Source of the DNA: an uncultured bacterium
GTDB lineage: Bacteria; Hydrothermota; Tepidihabitantia; SM23-42; JAOAFX01
Assembly: GCA_964559225.1 (NCBI GenBank)
Contig: CAZLGA010000002.1
Location: 11,837-75,836 of the forward strand
Reading direction: 5' to 3'
Length of the DNA: 64,000 bases
Below, in pieces: positions 53,716 through 62,800 of this stretch. The notes under the pieces are model-generated. The model ran no database searches. It was given only the letters and a program-made list of their open reading frames with translations, and had not been told where the DNA came from. The stretch's first letter is position 1. The number at the start of each line of letters is the position of its first letter. Both the position numbers and the translations under genes were made by a program.

Positions 53716-54184
53716 ATACCGGACAGTATTCAGGCGGTTTGCCGATGTGTGTAAATCCGCAGATAGGGCAGATGTAGATTTCTTTAATATCTATGTCTTT
53801 GCCTTTTTCTGCAGTTGCCTTTGCGTCAGCATACATTCTCATATGGATTTTTTCTGCTTCCAGAGCGTAATGGGTTGATTGCTCGGCGCCTTTTTCGTTT
53901 TGAAATTTGGCAGTATTATTAAATACCGGATACATCTCCTCTACTTCGTAGGTCTCGCCATCAATACCGGTCTGGAGATTATCGGGTGTCTTTTTTATTA
54001 TTCCTAAATTGCGTGCATGATTTGTTGCATGGACCTGCTCGGCATAGGCAATTGCTTTGAAAAGGCGCGCTATATTCGTTAGTCCTTCTTTTTCAGCAAT
54101 TTCGCTGAAGATTAAATATTTCATATGTGCCATTGACTCTCCTGCAAATGCCTCAAGCAATGCTTTTTCGGTCATTTTCTTCAT
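53681..54184 (-). CDS. rbr: Rubrerythrin (diiron domain + C-terminal rubredoxin-like Cys4).
   Basis: C-terminal CPICGFTH...CPVCGAPNSKF. N-terminal ferritin-like helices with E..H pairs. Confidence 0.88.
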   Translation of the reverse strand: MKKMTEKALLEAFAGESMAHMKYLIFSEIAEKEGLTNIARLFKAIAYAEQVHATNHARNLGIIKKTPDNLQTGIDGETYEVEEMYPVFNNTAKFQNEKGAEQSTHYALEAEKIHMRMYADAKATAEKGKDIDIKEIYICPICGFTHIGKPPEYCPVCGAPNSKFKKF

Positions 54185-54266
54185 TTTAGCCTCCTTTCAC
54201 CCTCACCTTAATCCTCTCCCTTCAAAGAATAGGGCAAGGGTCCAAGATTGACTTCTACTCTATGAA

Positions 54267-54293
54267 TTGTAGCATCCAGATTTATCTGGATGC
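54267..54293. repeat. TGTAGC hairpin element copy (TGTAGCATCCAGAtttaTCTGGATGC), 24/25 identical to the first half of the 32447 element. A partial CGTCCAG unit follows at ~54303.
   Basis: Seen directly; perfect palindrome. Confidence 0.6.
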
Positions 54294-54368
54294 TTAAATA
54301 GTTCGTCCAGTTAAAACTGAACACTGCATTAATTGTTCTGCTGATTAATGCGGAAAACTGCAGAGAAT

Positions 54369-54785
54369 CTATTCAACTTTTATCTCCTGTGAATTCTGCC
54401 ATAAACCATGGATGTTGCAGTAGGAGAATGCGACAATGGTGCCTGGTTTCTCGGTCTTGAATGTAAATACTGCTTCAGGATGTGTATAAACCGTGCTCGT
54501 ATTTGGACCATTGGTTGATGCCCCATGTGCCAGAAATTCAAATTTGCCTATCTGATAGGGAAATTTTTCTCCATCAGGATAAAAGTAGACATCAATCCAT
54601 GAGATATGGTGTTCTGTTGTATTTGGATGGGCAATCTCCTTGCCAACGCAGACCGTAACTTTAAAATTTTCACCTTTTTTTACCTTTGCCGGTGCTTCAA
54701 TCACCGGAACATGTTTTTCTTTTTTCCAGTCTGCAGACTGGAAGATTATATTAAGGTCTTTCATAATTGCTCCTTTCTTAACCAT
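54369..54785 (-). CDS. Superoxide reductase, 1Fe neelaredoxin type. The likely true start is the second Met at 54764.
   Basis: ADWKKEKHVPVIE...HPNTTEHHISWIDVYF...SYCNIHGLW. Nearly collinear with archaeal 1Fe-SOR. Confidence 0.88.
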   Translation of the reverse strand: MVKKGAIMKDLNIIFQSADWKKEKHVPVIEAPAKVKKGENFKVTVCVGKEIAHPNTTEHHISWIDVYFYPDGEKFPYQIGKFEFLAHGASTNGPNTSTVYTHPEAVFTFKTEKPGTIVAFSYCNIHGLWQNSQEIKVE

Positions 54786-54909
54786 TTATTGTAGCATCCA
54801 TTCCTGATTTTCATCAACATTACCACATATTTCGCACTTAAATATTTGACCGACACTGGTCACATTTGCCATATTACCTCCTTGAGATTATCTATTTATA
54901 TGCATCATT

Positions 54910-56136
54910 TTAGTCTAACAGCCTTTTTTCGCCTTCAATCTTTTTTATATTGGTTATATCCTGGGTTACCTCAAGACATCCCAGGTATTCACATTTAACA
55001 TTCCGGACTGGAAAATAGCGGATGTAAATCAATCTTCCTTTTAGATTTATCCAGAATTCTGCAACATCCCTTTTATTGTTCCTGAAATCATTCAAAATCT
55101 GTTCTACCCTGTGGACACTCTCCTTAGGATGACATAACTGGACTTTGCGCCCAATAACTGCTTTTGTCCTTGGAAAGATGCGCTCCTTTGACTGGCTGAA
55201 ATACCTCACTTTATCCTCTTTATCAACAAATGTGATATCAACAGGCAGTGTATTGAGCAGGGTCTCAAGTTCTTCTTTAGAAAAACTTCCGGTATCAAAT
55301 GCTATTTCCCTTTCAGCGGGTATGGATTCCGGCGAGATTTGCTCTGTTTTCGCAAAAACCTTCATTGTTGGTTCAGGAGTAAAGCAACAGTAGCCTATTT
55401 CATCAAATTGCTCTCTAATTTCTGTCCATTCATTTTTGTCAATTACCTTCAATGCAGTTGGAAAAAGAATATTATTTTCTTTGTAAAAATGGTTTGAAAG
55501 CATTTCAATCAGTGATATTGATATCTCATTCAGTGTTTTAGTAAAGTCGAGAAACTCAAGGGATTGCATATCCTCTACAATTTCGTAGAGTTTTTTTTCA
55601 ATCTTCCTGATCTCGTTATGCTCTGACCACATTATTGCTGGTGGTTGGGTAATTCCGTGTTTTTCAAGGAACGGAAAAAGCACATTCTCCTCGCGAAGAT
55701 AATGACTTTCTGATTCCTTAAAGTGTGAAATCAGATGTTCTAACTCTTCTATTTCTTTATCTATTGATGAAAAACCTTTAGCCTTGCTAATTTTTGACGA
55801 AGTTTTTTTTAGTCCATCAGCGAACTCAAGAAGCTTTTTATGCTCCTCCATAAGAATATGAATGGGATGTCCTTGTTCTCCTAAAGATTTTTCCTGGTTT
55901 AAGGATTCTTTAAATAGTGCAATGTGCACATCACAGAGTTTTTGAATCTCATCCCTTGATATTCCTTCATTTATAAGTTCTTCTTCTATTTGCGTGATGT
56001 CTGCTGGTCCTACATCCTTTAAAAAATCTCTAAATTCCTTTTTTAGTTCATCCAGCGGCATCCCTTTATGGAGTTGTTTTATAATCTCCTTTAATTTGTG
56101 CTTTTTATTTTTTTCTCCACCGAATGCTTCAGTCAT
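54910..56136 (-). CDS. Hemerythrin-like (HHE cation-binding) / DUF438 / C-terminal PAS domain protein. A candidate O2/NO or iron sensor.
   Basis: Multiple H/E-rich helical repeats (ELINEGISRDEI..CDVHIALF...MWSEHNEIRK). C-terminal PAS-like segment (VDITFVDKEDKVRYFS...GRKVQLCHP). Confidence 0.65.
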   Translation of the reverse strand: MTEAFGGEKNKKHKLKEIIKQLHKGMPLDELKKEFRDFLKDVGPADITQIEEELINEGISRDEIQKLCDVHIALFKESLNQEKSLGEQGHPIHILMEEHKKLLEFADGLKKTSSKISKAKGFSSIDKEIEELEHLISHFKESESHYLREENVLFPFLEKHGITQPPAIMWSEHNEIRKIEKKLYEIVEDMQSLEFLDFTKTLNEISISLIEMLSNHFYKENNILFPTALKVIDKNEWTEIREQFDEIGYCCFTPEPTMKVFAKTEQISPESIPAEREIAFDTGSFSKEELETLLNTLPVDITFVDKEDKVRYFSQSKERIFPRTKAVIGRKVQLCHPKESVHRVEQILNDFRNNKRDVAEFWINLKGRLIYIRYFPVRNVKCEYLGCLEVTQDITNIKKIEGEKRLLD

Positions 56137-56141
56137 TTTTT

Positions 56142-56576
56142 CTACTCCTTTTTTGAACAGTCTTTGCAGATGCCAATTAAATAACCACAGACTTCATTGA
56201 TTTTATGACCAGCAATGGTTTTTTTGCTTGATAGCGCAAGCGGACATTTAATCATGATATCATAGACCTTACCGCATTTTTTACAGAGCAGATGGTGGTG
56301 GTTTTCAATCTGTGGGTCATATCGTGTCTCTTCTCCAGTAATAGTTAGGGCATTTACCATACCCTTTTTCCGCAAAGCGTTGATTGTATTATAGACCGTG
56401 GTTATTGAAATTACCGGAAGACTTTTGTGTAGGTAATTATATATCATCTCAACTGTAGGATGTTTGTACCGAAATTTGTTCATCAAACAATCCACAACAC
56501 AAATTCGCTGATATGTGGCTTTGAGTCCTGACTGTTCTAACATTTTTCTAATATCTTGGGTTCGTATTTTTTTCAT
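56142..56576 (-). CDS. Fur-family transcriptional regulator (probably PerR-type peroxide sensor given context).
   Basis: TYQRICVVDCL...HHHLLCKKCGKVYDI...CGYLIGICKDC. Fur fold with structural CxxC pairs. Confidence 0.8.
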   Translation of the reverse strand: MKKIRTQDIRKMLEQSGLKATYQRICVVDCLMNKFRYKHPTVEMIYNYLHKSLPVISITTVYNTINALRKKGMVNALTITGEETRYDPQIENHHHLLCKKCGKVYDIMIKCPLALSSKKTIAGHKINEVCGYLIGICKDCSKKE

Positions 56577-56604
56577 TTTTCACCTTGAGGCTATACTCCA
56601 TTTA

Positions 56605-57117
56605 TCAAATAAATCGTTCAAACCTTTCTTTTTTTGCCTTGCAGATAGGGCAGACTTCAGGTGGAACCAGGCGAGCACACAGATAACCACAGACCCTACA
56701 TCGCCAGACCGGAAAGGGGAGAGGTGCAGATATTTCCCTTACCGAGGAAATACTATTTTTTCTTTGTTCTGCAGGCGGTCTCCTTTCTGGTATAGATTGA
56801 AGTTCCATTTCACCCTTCATAACCCTTTCTGAGACATATAGTCCACAATAACAGGCACCATATTCTATAATATCATCATCCCGATAATCACAAGGGCAGA
56901 TTATATCAAGGTCATCTGCTTTTTCACCCGATGCCAACCTGCATGGGCATGCCTGATAACCATACCTTTTTTGGTTTATTATCAATGATTTTACAAGTTG
57001 CTTTGTGAACTCAACATCTGGATTCAGATGATAACCACCCTCTTCTGATTCTTTTTTCAGTTTCTCGTAAAGTTTTTGAATTTCTGCATCGGTAATAATA
57101 TTTATATTATCTCGCAT
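56605..57117 (-). CDS. Ferredoxin:thioredoxin-reductase catalytic-subunit-like domain fused to a C-terminal rubredoxin-like domain.
   Basis: [22 protein letters not shown]...GACYCG is the FTR CPC..CPC..C(H/Y)C pattern. Then WRCRVCGY...CPICKA is a rubredoxin Cys4. Confidence 0.75.
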   Translation of the reverse strand: MRDNINIITDAEIQKLYEKLKKESEEGGYHLNPDVEFTKQLVKSLIINQKRYGYQACPCRLASGEKADDLDIICPCDYRDDDIIEYGACYCGLYVSERVMKGEMELQSIPERRPPAEQRKNSISSVREISAPLPFPVWRCRVCGYLCARLVPPEVCPICKAKKERFERFI

Positions 57118-57214
57118 TTAAGCCACCCATTATTCGGGAGTTAAGCCGTAAGGCTTTTATTGTAGAATTCATACGAATTAACTTTAGAAAACCTTCTTTG
57201 AAATTCAAAAAATA

Positions 57215-57496
57215 TCACTGCAATAAATCCTTTATTTCCTTTTCTTTAAATCCCACGATACATTTCTCGTTATTAAATACTATTGTTGGAAAAGAGCAGG
57301 CTGGGTTCCATTTCTCTACCTCTTTTTTTATCTTCCCTTTATCATCGCCGTTTAGCAAATCTACATAGATATAGTCAAATTCTACACCAAGTTTTTCTAA
57401 CAATTCTTTTGTTTTTTTACACCAGATACAGGTGCTCAATGCATAGAGCATAATTTTGCCTTTATTTATGCCCGGAACATGTTTGATTTCAACCAT
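57215..57496 (-). CDS. Glutaredoxin-like / NrdH-like small thioredoxin-fold protein.
   Basis: LYALSTCIWCKKTKELLEKLGVEF gives a CxxC in a thioredoxin fold. 93 aa. Confidence 0.75.
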   Translation of the reverse strand: MVEIKHVPGINKGKIMLYALSTCIWCKKTKELLEKLGVEFDYIYVDLLNGDDKGKIKKEVEKWNPACSFPTIVFNNEKCIVGFKEKEIKDLLQ

Positions 57497-57554
57497 TGGT
57501 CACCCCTGTAGAATTCCGGGGCAGGGTAAAATACTTCTGCCCCGGAACCATTGG

Positions 57555-57995
57555 TTAAATTTCCTCCAGCAGACTGGAAAAGGTGTCGTGATGTTCCTCT
57601 TCATCAGTAAGTATAGATTCAAACAATTTTCTCGTGACCTCATCACCTTCTTTGCGGGCGATTTCAATGATCTGTTTATATAATTTAATTGCACCCTCTT
57701 CATCCTTTTTATCCTGCTCAATCATCTCTTTTAATGTATTGCCAACATTTATCGGTTCGGGTTTGGTTGTTGGTTTGCCTCCGAGATAGTTTAAACGTTC
57801 AGCAATCGCCTCGGCGTGTTTCATTTCGGTGATTGCAATTTTCTTTAATTCATCTTTCACTGCAAATCCCTTTACACCTACCCACTGAACATGCTGCCAC
57901 ATATACTGAATGGCAACCTGTAGTTCACGCGCAATCGCACTGTTAAGTGCTTCCAGCAGTTCTTTTGATGCCATACATACCTCCTTTTTTAGCAT
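57555..57995 (-). CDS. Bacterioferritin-like ferritin-fold protein.
   Basis: LNSAIARELQVAIQYMWQH resembles the Bfr N-terminus LN..L..EL.AINQY. E..H motifs (EMKHAE; EEEHHD). Confidence 0.7.
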   Translation of the reverse strand: MLKKEVCMASKELLEALNSAIARELQVAIQYMWQHVQWVGVKGFAVKDELKKIAITEMKHAEAIAERLNYLGGKPTTKPEPINVGNTLKEMIEQDKKDEEGAIKLYKQIIEIARKEGDEVTRKLFESILTDEEEHHDTFSSLLEEI

Positions 57996-58048
57996 CTAAA
58001 CATCTGTGATTGTATTTGAATAATTTCATATTTAAAATCATTTCAAAC

Positions 58049-58063
58049 TTATAATCATTATAA
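58049..58063. promoter_or_regulatory. PerR/Fur-box-like 7-1-7 inverted repeat TTATAATcATTATAA upstream of the bfr-like gene, which is the first gene of the long ROS-defence transcription unit.
   Basis: Plus strand cTTATAATCATTATAAtc at 58048-58065, ~55 nt upstream of the minus-strand ATG at 57995. It matches the Bacillus-type PerR box consensus TTATAATNATTATAA. Confidence 0.55.
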
Positions 58064-58410
58064 TCATTTTTTAGACAATGTCAAGGGGGAAGATGTTTAG
58101 TCAAATAGTCATAAGGGGTGGTTTGATGGTTATCAATGGAGTAGGGATTTTTATCCTGGAACTAAAGCATATCCTAAAGAAGGTCAGGGTCACTATTCCA
58201 GAGGAATCAGGGGTCAATCTTTTAGCCAGGAGCAGGAACTCTGATTTTCATTAGGGCAGGATTTAGTTTCATAAAAATTGTAAGTTGTTTAACTAAAGTC
58301 GTTTTTTTCTATAGGAACAGGTTCCGGCTATCGCTCCGCAGACCAGGAAATACAACCATAATACCTGTGTAGCTATTTTGTAATATACGGTTTTAACCAA
58401 ACGAAATAGC

Positions 58411-59772
58411 TTACCTCACAATCAGCAGTCTCTTTGTTTCCCTTTCCATTTTGCCATCAAGGATTAAAAAATAAACCCCAGAGCTGAGCTTGGTAGTATT
58501 GATGTTAAGAGAAAAAATTCCAGCGTCAACAATTCTATTAGCAATAACTAAGACTTCTCGCCCAACAATGTCATAAAGTTTCAGGGTAATTCTCTGTTTT
58601 TCAGGAATGTTGTATTGAATTTGAACATTATTCCTGATAACATTTGGCAAAACCATCAACTTTAACCGTTCACATTCTGCTTCTAACCTTTTATCCTCTT
58701 CAATTCCCACTATTGTGCCGTAGATGTAATGGATTTCGCGGATGGTGTTGGGAGCGTTATATGCTATTCTCGACACATGGATTGTGCCATCATGGTCAAT
58801 ACGAAGGGCACCGGGAGATTGGCAGTCGAAAGGGGGATTTATAGACGGTAAAGTTACTCTTTGCCATACATTAGGTTCTTTTCTGTAAGCCACAAAATTA
58901 CTATATAGTATCCAAGGGCGGCCTAATCCATCTATATCCATTGCTTTCGGAGTTCCGATCACTGCAGGAGAATCCACATGCTCAATATTCCAGGATACAC
59001 CATTGTAGTAATAATATTTCAACCAATCTCTGCCATCTTCTGAAACAACGTGAAGTATGTTATCAGAACCTGCACGAATAGACGTTGGACTACTAACTAA
59101 GAAGAACATATCATCTACCTGTTCTGAGAACATGTTGCCCCCTATCTTATATGAATGAAATAAACCCTCTGGCGGAAATAGTTCCTGGCGTATCCAACTT
59201 ATGTGAGGTTGATTGGAAGAATCACAGTCAATAGAACAGCAGTACTCAAAAGTGTATTTACTAGAAGGGACTGTATCAAAGAGCCATTGATTTAATATCT
59301 TGTAGCCATAGAGGCCAGCCTTGTCGTTCGGCAGTTCATCTACACGTTTAGTGTAAGTAATATGAGGATTATTCCCCTTATCAATGGCGATTGCTTTCCA
59401 TAGGAAATCTATGTTTAGGCCAGAATCTACGGTGTCTTTTACCCACCCAAATCCATCTTTCCTGGCCACAATCAAATAGTATTTTGAAGCGAGAGTATTA
59501 TAAACTCTATAAATAGTCCACGGACAATTATTATAATCAATTGTTAAATCTAGTGGAGTGTGACTATAAATTTCACTCGCGCACGTATCAATGGTATCAC
59601 ATATCCAAAGTGCACCAATTTTAGAATATAATGCGAGTAATGAAGTATCATATACTGCAAGTATGTGGGGATTACCTGATGAATCAATTGCAAGTGTAGG
59701 GCGAACGAGAATGGTGGTTGGGGTAACTATTTCCATAGTCCATGAGGTAAATAATAAATAAATTATTAGCAT
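58411..59772 (-). CDS. T9SS type-A sorting-domain cargo protein. The start is reassigned to Met22 of the track ORF (RBS ggaggatatcttATG).
   Basis: Signal MLIIYLLFTSWTMEIV. C-terminal KLYDIVGREVLVIANRIVDAGIFSLNINTTKLSSGVYFLIL is a Por-secretion tail. Confidence 0.75.
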   Translation of the reverse strand: MLIIYLLFTSWTMEIVTPTTILVRPTLAIDSSGNPHILAVYDTSLLALYSKIGALWICDTIDTCASEIYSHTPLDLTIDYNNCPWTIYRVYNTLASKYYLIVARKDGFGWVKDTVDSGLNIDFLWKAIAIDKGNNPHITYTKRVDELPNDKAGLYGYKILNQWLFDTVPSSKYTFEYCCSIDCDSSNQPHISWIRQELFPPEGLFHSYKIGGNMFSEQVDDMFFLVSSPTSIRAGSDNILHVVSEDGRDWLKYYYYNGVSWNIEHVDSPAVIGTPKAMDIDGLGRPWILYSNFVAYRKEPNVWQRVTLPSINPPFDCQSPGALRIDHDGTIHVSRIAYNAPNTIREIHYIYGTIVGIEEDKRLEAECERLKLMVLPNVIRNNVQIQYNIPEKQRITLKLYDIVGREVLVIANRIVDAGIFSLNINTTKLSSGVYFLILDGKMERETKRLLIVR

Positions 59773-59838
59773 AAGATATCCTCCTCGCCTTTGTCTCCTG
59801 TTGTGCAAACAGGAGACAAAGGAATCAACCATCAAGCG

Positions 59839-62800
59839 TTATTTTATTGTTATGATTTTCTGGGTTTTTGTTTCTTTTTCACCAGTGAACACGAGGAAGT
59901 AGACACCGGCACTGAAATTTGTAGAATTAAAGTTGTAGGAGTAAATACCGGATTCAACAATGCCTTCGGCAATCGTTACGACTTTACGACCGAGAACATC
60001 ATAAACATTCAAGCTAATATACTGTTTTGCAGGCGTAGAATAATGGATTTGAGCATTACGATTGAGAATATTAGGAAGAACTTTAAGACTGAATTCAAAA
60101 TTTAATGGAATACTCATAATCGTTTGTGGTCCACCTTGCCCTTCTTTTTCAAACCCATAGAGATTTCCTTTATGTAGTGAGGCAAAATTTCCACGGATTT
60201 TTGGTATTCTGACAATAATTTCACCATCATTCATATAAGATGCAGGTGGCACCGGCACCTCAACAGTTTTCGGATTACCTCCATCATATTTTATCAAATG
60301 TTTGGCAGTATTATCCACCTCCACCCATTCCCGCCACTCACCATCACCCTCATGATAGGCAGTTATATCAAACCGATATTTCAAGTGAGGATTCAATCCA
60401 GTGAATTTGTAGATTAACTCTGTTGTATCATAATCAACTGGATAATTTTCGTAAGGAATGTATCCATCCCTCTGGATTAAGTAAGGTGATGGGATTTCGC
60501 TACCCGCATAAATCGTATATGCCGGAATTGGTAACACTAAGGGGAATATCTCCGTCTTAGTTTTAATGCCGAAGATATAAGGATCAGGTTCATATTCATA
60601 TTTTTCAGTAAAAGCAGAATAGAGATAAACATTATTCAAGGTCTGACGCCAATCACAAGAAGAATAAAGAGATTGGGTGTAAGGTGTATTACTTAAATTC
60701 CCAGAACCATAAATAGACGATTTGTAGAGGACTTCCCAGTTCTGTTTCAGTTCAATAAATTGATGCTCGCACCAGACAAGGAATTCGCCGTTTGCTGTGA
60801 TAACCGGCCAATCCGATGCCTGATTTGGTGTTACGACCTCGGGCCAAATGTTCCAGGTATTGGGCGGCGCAGTTATCAGCCGTTCACCTCTATAAATGTC
60901 GCGACTTTCTGTATTACCCGGTTCCTCTTCTTCGCTCCATACTACAAGAACTTTTTCATTCGTTGTATAAATAAATGGATGTTCGCTCGGCTTATCATAG
61001 GAGTTAGAAATATTTATCTTTTCACTCCACCCGGTTTCTTCCAAGCATTTATGCCAGATTTCAGGATATGGTTCACTAGCCTCAGGTGGGAAGTCCCAAA
61101 CAAAGTGTGGGTAACCATAATAAGTCGCAATGCAGGGTGAGGAAGGTTGCCAATCTAAAGGCACATCCGCTGAATCAATAATTACAGTTTCGGTTGATGG
61201 ATTGAAGGCATCAAAGCGTTTGTAGATAACATATGCCTTGCCCGGGGCATAGAGCACACCAGAATAGACCAGATGGCAGATGTCATTTGCATCAATAACA
61301 ATGCTGGGCGGCGATACGCTGGGTGTGAATGTAGGTATAACAGGATAAGAATCAATCGTATAGACTATCCAGTTTGGCTCATCATAACGGGCAAAATAGA
61401 TGACAGCGGATTGTTCGGTCATCCAGCCTACGGATTTTCTAAATGCTATGCAGGGACGATTGTCACTGGTTATATCTATACTTGGATTATGATTATATCC
61501 CATTGGCAAAACCGAGACCCCTGAAGACCAGGCAGAACCGCCATCCGTAGAGAAAGAATAATTTGCCCATTCCTTTGGTATATCAGCACCGCCTATACCA
61601 TAAGTATACGCCAGATGCAGATTCTCTGCATTAAATTGACGTACCAATTTTCTGCCTTCAGTATATTGAGTGTGCGCGGTTGGAAAGTCAACCACATATT
61701 CAAAGACCCGGACATCATCTTGATAGGGAATATGATTACTCACCGTAACGGTCACTTTCATCATGCCGGTTGTGGGAACGGTAAGATTATTAAAGATAAC
61801 TAATCCACTGGCATCGGTTCTCTTTGATTCTGCCAGATAACCTTCAGGTTCTTTATAAAGGGTAACGAGCGCATTAACCAGCGGTCCATTTACATCCTGA
61901 ATATAGACCTGAAAATCAATTGGTGTATTTGCCGGAATAGCGTCTATATGCTCAACAATAAGGTCTAATGGAATTTCGGTCCACACAGGCATTTCCGGTG
62001 AGCCGAAGAGGTTGTGGCTATAGGCTACATACCAGCCTTGCCATCCCCATGGCTCAGAAGAATATCTTGCCTTTGCTTCAGCAATTCCTAAGAGTGTATC
62101 ATAATAGAATACCCGTTTGATGAAGTTTTGATGTAAGTAAAAAGAATTCCAGTATAACCCCCATCGTGTATTGCCTAAAAACGCAACAGCATTAAAGGGT
62201 GGGTATCCGTTTGGAGAAGGCCCTGGCCAACGATAAAAAGACGCAAAGGCTTCGGCTATGCAGGGATAAGGGCCGTTGGCTGTCCAAGGGTAACAAGGAC
62301 CGTCAAGATAAGTGCTTGTGTCAAAGCAGGCATTCTCACAGCCCACAGAATAGGCAACATAGAATTTGTTGATATTGCGCGGTTCACCCAAATAAGGCAA
62401 ATTATTTCTTTCCCAGGAGTAAAAGTGTCTTCCATCCGCAACTCTTGCCCTTTGAGCCTCGGGAGAACCATGTCCATAGGTTGAGAGAATTCCATATCCC
62501 TTGCTCAATGTATCGGTCATCAATCTATGATCACCTTCATTGCAGGGATGGTCTATGACACGCCGTTGTGTAAACTGAGGTGGAAAGCATCGAATAGCAT
62601 CCTCCATAAGGGATATAAAACTATTACCACTTTGAGTAATCCAGAGTGACTGTGTCATAGAGTCTCTATTTGCTGGCGCCCTTTCGTAGACTAATCGCTT
62701 CTCAACCCAGGAAATAGATTGTTCTAAATCCCAGGCAGGAACACGACCAATCCAGATTTCTTCATAATAGTCTGCTATATCATTATTAGGTTCACCGAAC

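Noticed and set aside
54326-54351. Palindrome GCATTAATtgttctgctgATTAATGC downstream of SOR as a regulator binding site
   Set aside because: It lies 3' of the SOR stop. It could equally be a terminator-like hairpin without a U-tract. The evidence is insufficient to call either.
32447-54805. Possibility that the TGTAGC palindromes form a CRISPR array
   Set aside because: The copies are tens of kilobases apart and irregularly spaced. They are self-complementary, with no repeat-spacer periodicity.
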